A stretch of 63,592 nucleotides of DNA, filler included, from Octopus bimaculoides (lineage: Eukaryota), in the NCBI RefSeq assembly GCF_001194135.2. It is 7 parts of 7 records of this genome, joined end to end, with 100 filler letters (N's around TTAATTAATTAA, not from the genome) between each part and the next. Parts side by side here need not be neighbours in the genome. Positions count along the whole stretch, not along the records: positions 21,263 to 49,972 come from NC_068983.1; 6 more parts are not named here. One strand, 5' to 3'. How positions within the stretch are numbered: position 1 is the stretch's first letter; every line of letters begins with the position of its first letter. Position numbers and translations under genes: made by a program. Below the pieces are notes generated by a model. The model saw only the letters and a program-made list of their open reading frames with translations. It was not told where the DNA came from and did no database searches. This document shows positions 24,996-38,452 of this stretch, one piece after another.

Positions 24996-25461
24996 CATTC
25001 TTAAACACACGCATTTGTGTTACACATATACCTGCCCAGTAGCATTTTATATTCACTGATGCAGGAACATATATAACAAAATCGTGACAAGCTTTTTAGG
25101 CTGACGCCTATAAGCAACTACAATAGAACAATAACAGCAACGCCAAATACAAATGCAATATCTATGAATACAACCAAAACACGACAACAGTAACATTGAG
25201 AAGTTCAATAAAAGCGACCACTACGTAAAATACCTTCTCACCCCGCATATCTCCCTTATTTGTCGAGGGCCATTATTGTTGTTCTTGCTATTGTTGTTGT
25301 CGTGATGTGTTTGTTTTACTTTAACACAGAACACCAGAATAGCACAGCTGACTTGAATCACTTGAATCGGGAGTAGATACAGAAAGGATTAAATGGCGCT
25401 AACTTACGCATACATACACAAACGCACGTGTCACGATTATCATCAGCATGGTTCTCCTCTT

Positions 25462-25499
<38 letters not shown>

Positions 25500-25522
25500 A
25501 CACAAACACTCACACACACACA

Positions 25523-25568
<46 letters not shown>

Positions 25569-26012
25569 NNNNNNNNNNNNNNNNNNNNNNNNNNNNNNNN
25601 NNNNNNNNNNNNNNNNNNNNNNNNNNNNNNNNNNNNNNNNNNNNNNNNNNNNNNNNNNNNNNNNNNNNNNNNNNNNNNNNNNNNNNNNNNNNNNNNNNNN
25701 NNNNNNNNNNNNNNNNNNNNNNNNNNNNNNNNNNNNNNNNNNNNNNNNNNNNNNNNNNNNNNNNNNNNNNNNNNNNNNNNNNNNNNNNNNNNNNNNNNNN
25801 NNNNNNNNNNNNNNNNNNNNNNNNNNNNNNNNNNNNNNNNNNNNNNNNNNNNNNNNNNNNNNNNNNNNNNNNNNNNNNNNNNNNNNNNNNNNNNNNNNNN
25901 NNNNNNNNNNNNNNNNNNNNNNNNNNNNNNNNNNNNNNNNNNNNNNNNNNNNNNNNNNNNNNNNNNNNNNNNNNNNNNNNNNNNNNNNNNNNNNNNNNNN
26001 NNNNNNNNNNNN

Positions 26013-26262
26013 ACCAATCACATGGTTCCGGGTTCATTCCCACTGCGTGGCACCTTGGGCAAGTGTCTTCTGCTATAGTCTCGAGCCGACCAAAGCCTTG
26101 TGAGTGGATCTGGTAAACGGAAACTGAAAGAAGCCTGTCGTATATATGTATATATGCATATGTATGTGTGTGTATATGTTTGTGCGTCGATTTGCTCGAA
26201 TAAAGGCGGTGCTCCAGCATGGCCGCAGTCAAATGACTGAAACAAGTAAAAGAGTAAAAGAG
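26013..26262 (+). mobile_element. SINE family B, internally deleted
   Basis: Head and core, then a jump to the tail ggcggtgctccagcatggccgcagtcaaatgactgaaacaagtaaaagag. Confidence 0.85.
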
Positions 26263-27156
26263 AATATATATATATATATATATATGCGTGTGTGTGTGTG
26301 TGTGTGTGTGTGTGCACGTGTGTGTGTGTGTGTGACTGTGTGTGGTTAATTTGATTTCTTGTTATAAGCATCAACCCTTCTTGTCTGACCAACTTTTTTA
26401 ATGTGATAAAATCATATTTCAGAAATTAAATCATATTACACAAACGAATCAGGAATTTTTTAAGTAAAACGCTTTTTGCTCTTTAACTTGCTGAGTCTCG
26501 AGGAAACACCAGTGGCCATGACATTTATGAGCTCTCCGAAATCCGTGAGCTTGGGCCGCTAATGTTACTTTCGAAATGTTGCAAGCCAAAACCTAAAAGG
26601 AAAAATTTACATGAACAGGGAGAAGATTCAGGAAGACCGCTAATTTGAGACCGAAGGACTAGATATGAGGCTTAGTGTGTTAACAAGACTGGTTGAAATA
26701 GGAGCGGCGTTATCTTGAAAGATGAATACTTTAAGAAGAAATACGAGATCAGCCAGCTGCGAGGAACAAAAGCCGAAATAGTAGCAATAAGAAATACAGG
26801 AGCTAGATCAGAAGCTGGAATGTTATTTCTTGATTTCATACCTTCGGCAGTATGGCCATTATTATACAGACGCAAACGAATGGAGAAAGTTTCAATTTAT
26901 GATCAATGAAAATAGACTTATCACAGAAGTGGTTGTGCGGAAGATGAAATGGCAAATGGAAGAATATAAAGAGAAGGATGCAGGAATAGTTATAAGTATT
27001 CTGGTGTGGGGAAAAGAAGCTTTTACAGTTGAAATATCAAATACCAGACAGTTTTCTGTCACCATTTGTAACAGTAACCAGTCGATCTACTTGGTTATAT
27101 ATACAAGTATTTTATAATACATACATATTATACATATACATAACGAGTATATGTGA

Positions 27157-27202
<46 letters not shown>

Positions 27203-27903
27203 NNNNNNNNNNNNNNNNNNNNNNNNNNNNNNNNNNNNNNNNNNNNNNNNNNNNNNNNNNNNNNNNNNNNNNNNNNNNNNNNNNNNNNNNNNNNNNNNNN
27301 NNNNNNNNNNNNNNNNNNNNNNNNNNNNNNNNNNNNNNNNNNNNNNNNNNNNNNNNNNNNNNNNNNNNNNNNNNNNNNNNNNNNNNNNNNNNNNNNNNNN
27401 NNNNNNNNNNNNNNNNNNNNNNNNNNNNNNNNNNNNNNNNNNNNNNNNNNNNNNNNNNNNNNNNNNNNNNNNNNNNNNNNNNNNNNNNNNNNNNNNNNNN
27501 NNNNNNNNNNNNNNNNNNNNNNNNNNNNNNNNNNNNNNNNNNNNNNNNNNNNNNNNNNNNNNNNNNNNNNNNNNNNNNNNNNNNNNNNNNNNNNNNNNNN
27601 NNNNNNNNNNNNNNNNNNNNNNNNNNNNNNNNNNNNNNNNNNNNNNNNNNNNNNNNNNNNNNNNNNNNNNNNNNNNNNNNNNNNNNNNNNNNNNNNNNNN
27701 NNNNNNNNNNNNNNNNNNNNNNNNNNNNNNNNNNNNNNNNNNNNNNNNNNNNNNNNNNNNNNNNNNNNNNNNNNNNNNNNNNNNNNNNNNNNNNNNNNNN
27801 NNNNNNNNNNNNNNNNNNNNNNNNNNNNNNNNNNNNNNNNNNNNNNNNNNNNNNNNNNNNNNNNNNNNNNNNNNNNNNNNNNNNNNNNNNNNNNNNNNNN
27901 NNN

Positions 27904-27944
<41 letters not shown>

Positions 27945-28181
27945 CATACACACATACATACATACATACAAATATATATAAATACATGTATGTGTGTGTA
28001 TGCATATGTTTGTCAACATATTGTTATATATATATATATATATATGTGTATGTACACACACACACACACTCACATACACACACACACACGGTATATATAT
28101 ATATTAATGTATTTAAGATATTTTGCTTACTAATTATATTCTATATAACAGTCACACCCTTTCATGTAACTACTTTCTGTC

Positions 28182-28193
28182 TTGAACAATGAA

Positions 28194-28263
<70 letters not shown>

Positions 28264-28381
28264 GCTATTATCATCATCATCATTATTATTATTATTATTA
28301 TTATTTTATGTTTGACTTTTGCTTTGCATTTGTACAAGTTGGATCCAAGTCTCACCCAGAGACCTCAAGAGACAACAAGTT

Positions 28382-28416
<35 letters not shown>

Positions 28417-28430
28417 TGTTATTATTATGA
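28182..28430. repeat. (ATT)n/(ATC)n trinucleotide arrays
   Basis: Direct reading. Confidence 0.9.
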
Positions 28431-29240
28431 CTGTTGTTTAAGATGGTGAGCTGGCAGAATTGTAAGCACACCGGACAGAACTTTCAACGGCATTTCTTCC
28501 AGGCTTTTACGTTCCAAATTCAAATGCCACCAAGTTCAATTTTGCCTTTAATGCTTTCGTGGGACATAGGATAAAGTACCAGTTGGAATTGCTCATATCG
28601 AGACCATCTGCTTTCCCCTTGCATGACTGCTGGTCTTCTACTTAAATCAGACAAATAATACTGTTATTGTTAAAGTGCCGAGCTGGCAGGGTTGTTAAAA
28701 AATGGGAGAAAATATGTAACAGCATGTCTTCTCGCCTTCGAACTCCATAAGATAAAGTAACGATCAAGGACTGAGGCCACCTGAATCGATAAATCCTACC
28801 TCCAAATTTCTAACCTTATGCCATGTTAAAACAATGACTTGATGGTTTCTGACCTTATACCATTTCAATAAAACGTGTCTAGGTTTTCGATTTATCCCCT
28901 CCCCTCAGAATTATTGGCTTCATGCGAAGATTAGAAACCAATTTTCTTGTTAATATGTGAGGCGTGGGAAGTTGAAGAATCAGTAAAGTGTCGAACCAAA
29001 TGTCTTGTGGTGTTTGTTCCGTTTCATTTTACATCCTGATTTCTGATTGGTAACATTGCCTTGAACACTCCAGGATCGATAAAATGAAGTACCATTCAAG
29101 TATTGAGGTCGACTGAATCGATTAACCCTATTGACCAATTTCTGACCTTGCATCATATTGAAGCAACTGTACAATCTTTAGAAAGTTTTTTGGGAGACGA
29201 AATGCTTTGCAATGTTTGTTCTAATATTTTACCCCCTCAA

Positions 29241-29460
29241 GTCGGCGAGCTGGCAGAAACGTTAGCACGCCGGGCGAAATATCTAACGGTATTTTGTCTG
29301 TCTTTACGTTCTGAGTTTAAATTCCGCCAAGGTCGACTTTACCTTTCATCCTTTCGGGGGTCAATAATTTAAGTACCAGTTGCGTACTGGGGTCGATCTA
29401 ATCGACTGGTCCCCCTCCTCAAAAATTTCGGGCCTTGTGCCTAGAGTAATAAAGAATATT
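29241..29460 (+). mobile_element. SINE family A (tail type 1)
   Basis: Full head, core and tail match. Confidence 0.85.
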
Positions 29461-29517
29461 TTACTTCCTTAGTTCAATTCCTACTAAAGTCATCTCTGCC
29501 TTGAATACATTCAAAGT

Positions 29518-29825
29518 GAAGGCGCGTGGCTTAGTGGTTAGGGTGTCCTGTTCATGATTGTAACGTCCTGAGTTTGATTCCAGGTGGTGCGTTGTATCCT
29601 TGAATAACACCCTTTATTTCACGTTACCCCAATCTTCTAAGCTGGCACAAATAAGTTGTACCTGTAATTCAAAGAGCCACCCTTATGACATACTGCGTCA
29701 CACTGATTCTCTCTGAAAGAGTGCACGTGTCTGAGGAGTGCTCAACCACTTGCACGTCAATTGCACGAGCAGGCTGTTCCGTTGATCGGATCATCTGGAA
29801 ACTTTATCGTCGTAAACCGATGGAG
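29518..29825 (+). mobile_element. SINE family C-related, diverged
   Basis: tgaaggcgcgtggcttagtggttaggg head; gtacctgtaattcaaag and gcacgagcaggctgttccgttgatcgg segments. Confidence 0.7.
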
Positions 29826-30679
29826 TATACTTTCATGTTTGAAAAAGAAAAAAAATAATGATAATAATTACCAGTCATGCCCTAGAGTCGATATCATCAT
29901 TGTCACTTCCAGCTCCAACAAACTGTTGGCCTTCTGCCTAAATCGGAGAATTTCTAACTCGATGTACTTATGTGAGAAACTCTTTTTTTCATGCGGCGTG
30001 AGAAATAAAACGGGTGAAAATGTCAAACACGAATGTATACATATGGAATTTGTACCGGGTGCAATTTCTTCTGTGATGCACAGGGTAGTGTGATATCCTT
30101 TATGTATCCGTTAAATATTAACCTGAGATAGCATTGGATTTCTATTGGATGAGGCATTAACCTCGTACACCAATAAAATTAAATATTCTCTTTGACACCG
30201 CTTGCTAAATAGCTCATGGCTACAAGTTTAATGTCGTCTAGCTCGCTGCATAACAACAGAAGAAACTTCCAATTTGATTCACCGTGGGACAGTTAAATAA
30301 GTACAAGTAGGTTAATGAGATCGATATTGACGTTTAAACAGACTCTTTAAAACAAAAATTATGAAAAAGAAACGAAAACAAGTTAGTTTTCAGCTAAGTT
30401 CAATTTTTGAAGTAGAAAATTAGGCATAAAGTACGAGTGTTTACAATTAGACTGAGATCATCGAAGAATCTGTGTATGCGAATGCGTGTGTGTTGTCTAT
30501 GTATGCATGTATGTATGTATGTATGTATGTATGTATGTATGTATGTATGTATGTATGTATGTATGTGCCTGTCTTGCATATTCATACATATTTGTGTTTA
30601 TACGTACACATACACACACATATATCTTGATGTACTTATGCATGAATGTGTGTGCATGTGTGTGTGGATACACACATAT

Positions 30680-30761
30680 ATAGATGATGATGATGATGAT
30701 GATGATAATGATGATGATGATGATGATGATGATGAGGAGGAGGAGGAGGAGGAGGAGGATG

Positions 30762-30798
<37 letters not shown>

Positions 30799-30815
30799 GG
30801 AGGAGGAGGAGGGGT
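30680..30815. repeat. (GAT)n/(GAG)n compound microsatellite
   Basis: Direct reading. Confidence 0.9.
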
Positions 30816-31164
30816 GGTGCTGGCTGCTTGTAAAAACATACCCAACCCATATGATTTTCTATTGTTCAACAATATACTTTGACCGCCCATTTGAGCTCCA
30901 TAAATAAAGATCCGCTCCAGTATTGGCGTTCGACTAAACTTCCTCCTTCAGAATTGCTGGTTTTGTGTCTAGTTTAGATACCATGATAGAAATAACTGCC
31001 ACAAAGGTTTCCCCAAAGCCAGCAGTTTTGTGTGAGACAGGGATTAGTCAATTACATCGACCCCAGTATTTGACTGGTATTTTATTAAACGGCTCCGAGA
31101 GGTTAATAGGTAATGTTGATCTCGGTGGGTTTTGAACTGAGAATGCAACAGTAACACCGCCTTT

Positions 31165-31300
31165 AAATCGACCCCAGGACTTATTCTTTGTAAGCCTAGT
31201 ACTTATTCCATCGGTCTCTTTTGCCGAACCGCTAAGTTACGGGGACGTAAACAATCGGTTGTCAAGCGATGTTGAGGGGGACAAACGCAGACACACGACA
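31165..31300 (-). mobile_element. SINE family B 3' part
   Basis: Reverse match (aaatcgaccccaggacttattctttgtaagcctagtacttattc). Confidence 0.8.
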
Positions 31301-31390
31301 CATATATATATATATATATATATTATGATTGACCGTTGACTGAACACTATTCAATTTTTTTTCTCCGTGTTTTTCTCCTTGTCTCCGTAT

Positions 31391-31427
31391 TCTTTCTGTT
31401 GAAGAGCGTAGCTCGAAACGTCAAAGA
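31391..31427 (+). ncRNA. Minimal type I hammerhead motif with non-canonical A6-to-U core
   Basis: TCTTT-CTGTTGA-A-GAGC-GTA-GCTC-GAAA-CG-T-C-AAAGA. Stem I is 5 bp, stem II is 4 bp, the palindrome is ACGT and the triplet is GUC. Confidence 0.65.
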
Positions 31428-31869
31428 CTTTCCGTATTCCCGAGCGTCATACTAATATATACTTTTGTTATTTACACCACCTGNNNNNNNNNNNNNNNNN
31501 NNNNNNNNNNNNNNNNNNNNNNNNNNNNNNNNNNNNNNNNNNNNNNNNNNNNNNNNNNNNNNNNNNNNNNNNNNNNNNNNNNNNNNNNNNNNNNNNNNNN
31601 NNNNNNNNNNNNNNNNNNNNNNNNNNNNNNNNNNNNNNNNNNNNNNNNNNNNNNNNNNNNNNNNNNNNNNNNNNNNNNNNNNNNNNNNNNNNNNNNNNNN
31701 NNNNNNNNNNNNNNNNNNNNNNNNNNNNNNNNNNNNNNNNNNNNNNNNNNNNNNNNNNNNNNNNNNNNNNNNNNNNNNNNNNNNNNNNNNNNNNNNNNNN
31801 NNNNNNNNNNNNNNNNNNNNNNNNNNNNNNNNNNNNNNNNNNNNNNNNNNNNNNNNNNNNNNNNNNNNC

Positions 31870-32057
31870 CTCAGATTTGTGGAGAGGGGACTAGTCGATT
31901 ACATCGACCTGTGTTTTTACTGGTACTTAATTTATCGACCCCACATGATGAAAGGCAAAGTCAACCTCCGCGGAATTTGAACCCAGAACGTAGCGATGGG
32001 CGAAATACCGCTAGACATTTCGTCCACCGCGCTAACGATTCTGCCAGCTCACCACCT
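31870..32057 (-). mobile_element. SINE family A
   Basis: Reverse match to head and core. Confidence 0.8.
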
Positions 32058-32117
32058 TAATAGTACTAATCGTAGTAATACTACTACTACTAATAATAAT
32101 AATATTAGTAGTAGTAA

Positions 32118-32170
<53 letters not shown>

Positions 32171-32482
32171 AAGGCAAGTGGAAATGGGAAATACAAAGGT
32201 TGTGGTCTATGAGGAGAGTAGACGTGATACCAATAGGCGCACTTGGAAGTATCAGCACTGAACTACCAACATGGCCCAAAAAGCTTGATACAAATGTAGA
32301 GATAGAACACCTAAAAAATCAGTATTGCTTGGAACCGCAAGAATTTTTCTTCGGGTTCTTGAAGCTTGACCAATAAGCGAGTGTTACCTTAGTCTGCTAG
32401 CTGGAGACAACTGACTCTTTCCATCGTACCCAGCAAACTAAGCCGAGAGTTTTCATCAAATAATAATAATAGTAATAATAAT
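32171..32482 (+). mobile_element. R4/Dong-clade non-LTR retrotransposon 3' end (REL endonuclease C-terminus)
   Basis: KWEIQRLWSMRRVDVIPIGALGSISTELPTWPKKLDTNVEIEHLK(fs)SVLLGTARIFLRVLEA*, then a short 3' UTR and (TAA)n tail; (TAA)/(TAG) array upstream. Confidence 0.75.
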
Positions 32483-33097
32483 AGACACAGTACAAGGCTT
32501 GAAATTTTGCAGGATGGGGCTGGTCTATTACGCCGTTTCCAATGCTCAACTGGTACTTACTTCATTAATTCCCGAATGGATGAAAGACAAAGTAGGTCTT
32601 AGTGGAATTTGAACTCACTTCGTAATGAGCCGGAAGAAATCACTCTCAGCCTTCTGGGAGTCGAAACTATATCAATAAATGTCATTATTTTGAAATTACC
32701 GGTTATAATATGGATGGAATACACCTCTTCCGTAGTATAAATCGGTGGCACACTGCCAATGTTAGAGCAACCAGCGCCAATACCACCATCACTAGCACCA
32801 TATCTACTGCTTCCTCCCATCACCACTTTTACTACTGCTGCTCCCTTCACCACTTTCACTACTACGGCTGCTCCTAAGATTTAGGAATGGAGGAAATAAC
32901 AGTATGGCAAACTAAATGCTTGTATTTAGATACTTACTTTGTTATCTGGTGAACACTGGTTTACAGTAGCCAATTTACAGACTGTGAGACATTGATGAAC
33001 CGATAACAACTAATTTCTAATTCACTAAAATGCCCGCCTCCCACCTCTGAATATTTTTTGACCCATACTAATTTAAGATGTAACAATTGCTTATTCT

Positions 33098-33306
33098 TTT
33101 CTACTCTAGACAGAAAGCTCGACATTTGGGGGGGGGTGTCAGTCGATTAGATCGATCCGAGTACGCAAATGGTACTTAATTTATCGTCTCCGAAAGGATG
33201 AAAGCAAAGTGGACTTCGGCGGAATTTGAACTCAGAACGTAAGGACAGACGAAATACCACTATGCATTTCGCTCGGCGTGCTAACGTTTCTGCCAGCTCG
33301 CCGCCT
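33098..33306 (-). mobile_element. SINE family A
   Basis: Reverse match over the full length. Confidence 0.85.
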
Positions 33307-34047
33307 TGTAACAATCACTTATTGTCATTGCTCTGAGATGATAGAATCATTAAAGCGTCAGAAAAAAAAATGATTTGTAGCATTTCTTCTGACTATCTAG
33401 CTTCAGAGTTCAAATCCCCACGGAGTCAGCTTTGCTTTTCTTCCTTTTGAAGTCGATAGATAAAAGAAAAGCACCTGTCAATTATTTGGGTCGCAGATAT
33501 CAACTTACCACGTAAAATTGCAGATCTTCTGCATATGACAGGGCTTATTATATTGGAGAAGTATGAAAGATATATTTCTAGAACAATAACTTTTCAAACC
33601 TCTCTTATATTATGTCTTCACACACTCGTTTTATTTCCATATAACTTTTGTTTCTCCCCCAATTATTTTGTAATCCTGTGTTATCCGTTTTCATTTCGTG
33701 GTGGAAATAGGACCTGATACCATTAATACAATCACCATTGTTATTTTTCCATTGGTGATATAATTTAACATACATACACCTACCTACACAAATGCATATA
33801 ATATACATGAACGCACATATACACAAATGCATATACACGCATGCATACTTGGGCATACATTCCTATAAATAGGTACGTACAAACATACATGCAATATGTA
33901 CACATACATACTTACACACACACACACACACACACACATGTATATACGCACATATAGACATACAGATATATAGATAAATACACACACACATTCAAATACA
34001 CTCAGTATACATATGCACATACATAATCACTTTCATATACATATATA

Positions 34048-34093
<46 letters not shown>

Positions 34094-34096
<3 letters not shown>

Positions 34097-34522
34097 AGAG
34101 TGGCTATGTGGTAAGTAGCTTGCTTACCAACCACACGGTCCGGAGTTCAGTCCCACTGCGTGGCACCTTGGGCAAGTGTCTTCTACTATAGCCTCGAGCC
34201 GACTAAAGCCTTGTGACTGGATTTCATATACGGAAACTAAAAGAAGCCCGTCGTATATATATATATATGTATGCATGCATGTATGTATGTATTATGTGTG
34301 TGTATATGTTTGTGTGTCTGTCAACCCAGCATCGCTTGAAAACCGATGGTGGTGTGTTTACGTCCCCGTAACTTAGCGGTTCAGCAAAAGTAAATCGATA
34401 AAATAAATACTAGGCTTACAAAAAATAAGCTCTGGGGTCGATTTGTTCGACTATAAAGGCGGTGCTCCAGCATGGCCGCAGTCAAATGACTGAAACAAGT
34501 AAAAAAGTAAAAGAGTAAAGAG
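34094..34522 (+). mobile_element. SINE family B, full length
   Basis: Head gagtggctatgtggtaagtagcttgc, core, internal microsatellite, tail ..tgactgaaacaagtaaaaaagtaaaagag. Confidence 0.9.
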
Positions 34523-35304
34523 TATATATTCATGCATGGATCTTTGTTCCTATTTAGCTTACCTCAATACAGATACAGATACAAAACAAACAAACATATC
34601 TGCATACATTAGAATGAATATAGTTATCACGGACATTATAAAGAACTTTTCATAACATTTTCAATCCTATCATAATTGTATGGTATTTTATGTTTGATAT
34701 AAAATTACGTAAATGTCAATTTAATTACGGTTAAAGCATGACTAATTAGCTAGCTGGTTGTCCGTCTGGTTGGTTGGTTGAGTAGCAGGCAGGCAGGCAG
34801 GCAGGCAGGTAGGGCCTATGTATTGCTGAATGTATGCATTTATTAAACAAGTGAATCATTCATGGTTGCGGGGAATATTTTCAGTATTAAATTATGAGAA
34901 AATAAAGTGTTTTCATATTAGATTTAGAAAACACATTTTCATAATGATAAATCATCCAGAGACTATCAAAGCAATTTTATTAAAACACATTTATATATTT
35001 TTATTGTCGTTGTAAAATATAGGAAAATGCAATCTTGTAATAATAAAAAATAATGATGATGGTGATGATGATGATGATGATGATGATGACGACGACGACG
35101 ACGACGACGACGATGATGATGGTGATTAGAATACAAAGCAATTGTTTCATTTATTTTTCCCACCAGGACTCATCAAATACTTAGAATAACGTGTTACAAG
35201 AAGTGTGTGGAAATGTGTATACATAGTTATATTAAAAGAACAATGGTGTGTTATACAATATATCAAGAGATATTAGAAATTCGTAACATGCACGTAATTT
35301 GCAC

Positions 35305-35357
<53 letters not shown>

Positions 35358-35979
35358 NNNNNNNNNNNNNNNNNNNNNNNNNNNNNNNNNNNNNNNNNNN
35401 NNNNNNNNNNNNNNNNNNNNNNNNNNNNNNNNNNNNNNNNNNNNNNNNNNNNNNNNNNNNNNNNNNNNNNNNNNNNNNNNNNNNNNNNNNNNNNNNNNNN
35501 NNNNNNNNNNNNNNNNNNNNNNNNNNNNNNNNNNNNNNNNNNNNNNNNNNNNNNNNNNNNNNNNNNNNNNNNNNNNNNNNNNNNNNNNNNNNNNNNNNNN
35601 NNNNNNNNNNNNNNNNNNNNNNNNNNNNNNNNNNNNNNNNNNNNNNNNNNNNNNNNNNNNNNNNNNNNNNNNNNNNNNNNNNNNNNNNNNNNNNNNNNNN
35701 NNNNNNNNNNNNNNNNNNNNNNNNNNNNNNNNNNNNNNNNNNNNNNNNNNNNNNNNNNNNNNNNNNNNNNNNNNNNNNNNNTATATATATATATATATCA
35801 TGTGAATAAGTGATTGAAGTGATCGAGCAGATTAACAGTTGTTGTTATACATCGCTGGTCACAATGCACTTTGTATCGTTTTACCTTTCGAATGATACCA
35901 CTCCGCTGACTAGGTAAGCTGGCCGACAAAAGCCTTGTGAGTGGATTTGGTAGACGGAAACCGAAAAGAAGCCCGTCGT

Positions 35980-36980
35980 ATAAATATACATAAATGACCT
36001 TTCCAGCGTCGCAAAGTGAAAATATTTGCTGATGACACTAAACTCCAGCAAATCATTAATGAAGAAGAAGACCGAACTCAACTCCAGTCTGATCTATATC
36101 CTGTGAGTCAATGGGCAGACAAAAACAAAATGCAATTAAACGAGGGAACATTTGAGCTGATGCATTTTGGAAGAAAGTCTATACTAAAACAGCCATACTC
36201 TCTTTCTTCAGGGGAACCGCTCACAGCATCGAATAATATCAGAAACTTAGGTGTAATTATGGACAACAATTTCAGTTGGAGTGCCCACATCAACAATAAG
36301 GCCGATATAGCTCGTAGGCTGAGCTCCTGGGTCGTAAGAACCTTCCGGTCCAGAGAATAAGGTGTCATCATTCCACTTTTCTCCTCTTTTGTACGGCCAC
36401 ACCTCGAATACTGCTGCCCCTCGTGGTCTCCCCATACAAAACAAAACATCTTGAAAATTGAATCACTACAGAGGGCACTCACTAAACGAATTGAAGGCAT
36501 GACTGATCTTGATTACTGGGACCGCCTTAAATCCTTGAAACTCTACTCTCTCCAGCGCCGCCGCGAGCGGTACGTCATTTGTACGATGTGAAGAATATAC
36601 CGCCAACATTGCCCAAACGACCTGAACATTAGTTTCAAGGTTCATCCAAGGCTGGGACTACGGTCATACGTCCCCTGCCCAATTCAGGATCACAACATAT
36701 AGGTACACTGCGACATAATTTCTTTTCTTCAACAGGCCCTGCTCTGTTTAACATTGTCTCTAAACTGATCAAAGAGGAAAAGGATCCCATCAGCTTTAAA
36801 CGGAGTCTGGACAGATTTCGTCAATGAATACTAGATAATCCACCCATACCTGGATACAATTCACTTAACAAGAACTCATTACTTGAATGGACCATAAACA
36901 AAACTTGACTTAAAATGAATTTAGATAATCCTATCAGGTGGTCGTATTAAGTTAGACATGGCCTGGACCAATCTTTGGTA
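35980..36980 (+). mobile_element. CR1/L2-group LINE, 5'-truncated (RT C-terminal half and 3' end)
   Basis: YINDL..KIFADDTKL..DL..VSQWADKNKMQLN..NLGVIMD..WSAHI..VRPHLEYCCPSWSPH..IESLQR..LKLYSLQRRRERY..FKRSLDRF; a few stops and frameshifts. Confidence 0.9.
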
Positions 36981-38251
36981 TTATGTATATATATANNNNN
37001 NNNNNNNNNNNNNNNNNNNNNNNNNNNNNNNNNNNNNNNNNNNNNNNNNNNNNNNNNNNNNNNNNNNNNNNNNNNNNNNNNNNNNNNNNNNNNNNNNNNN
37101 NNNNNNNNNNNNNNNNNNNNNNNNNNNNNNNNNNNNNNNNNNNNNNNNNNNNNNNNNNNNNNNNNNNNNNNNNNNNNNNNNNNNNNNNNNNNNNNNNNNN
37201 NNNNNNNNNNNNNNNNNNNNNNNNNNNNNNNNNNNNNNNNNNNNNNNNNNNNNNNNNNNNNNNNNNNNNNNNNNNNNNNNNNNNNNNNNNNNNNNNNNNN
37301 NNNNNNNNNNNNNNNNNNNNNNNNNNNNNNNNNNNNNNNNNNNNNNNNNNNNNNNNNNNNNNNNNNNNNNNNNNNNNNNNNNNNNNNNNNNNNNNNNNNN
37401 NNNNNNNNNNNNNNNNNNNNNNNNNNNNNNNNNNNNNNNNNNNNNNNNNNNNNNNNNNNNNNNNNNNNNNNNNNNNNNNNNNNNNNNNNNNNNNNNNNNN
37501 NNNNNNNNNNNNNNNNNNNNNNNNNNNNNNNNNNNNNNNNNNNNNNNNNNNNNTATATATATATATATATATATATATATGCTTGTGTGTGGGTATATGT
37601 GTGTATGTGTGTGAGTATGTGAGTATGTACATGTGTGTATGTGTGTGTATGTGTGTAAATATGTATGTGTATCGTCCGTTGGTATATATCATCGAAGCAT
37701 ATTAACTAACATCGACAAGAACAGCAAAACGATAAGTGCCTAACAAATGAAGTGCCTTCCTATATTTGTTCCGCTCCGAGTTACAAAAACTTCCCATTGC
37801 GATTCAAAGTCAGTGAATCCTGTAAAAAGACAATCTAAAGTTTAACAAATGTGATTTAGGAAAATAATTTCCTAATCATAGTATTATATATGTAGATATG
37901 TAGTTATAAATTACAGGGTGTGTTTGCATACATTTACATATAGCGCTTCTGTGTGGCAACCGTTAATGAAAACATGAAAAATCCAAGAGTATCATAGACA
38001 ATACTGACAGTGTGGCAAAATGGCGAATTTCTGTAAAATATCACCAAAGCAGATTACGAAGCCAGTCTGTCTTGTGTGTATGTCCATACGCGAGTGTGTG
38101 TGCATGCGTGTGTACTTATATCTGTGTATATAAGGATATAGTAGTGAGTACATGACTGGATACAAAGACACATGTGCATTTATCAATACGTCTAGTGTTA
38201 TACAATTACACATGAAGATATATATACAAAGACGTATGTAAATTTATAGTC

Positions 38252-38287
<36 letters not shown>

Positions 38288-38409
38288 ATATAATTATATA
38301 TATGTATATATATATAAATCTCACAACATGAGATATTCAGCAACAGTACTTTGGAGTAAAGATTGTTTGTCAACATAACATGGCAGTCCTGGTTTAGGAA
38401 GAAAATGTA

Positions 38410-38452
<43 letters not shown>

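Noticed and set aside
26640-27060. Possible ancient CR1-like 3' fragment (minus strand)
   Set aside because: Only two vague peptide echoes; too weak to call.
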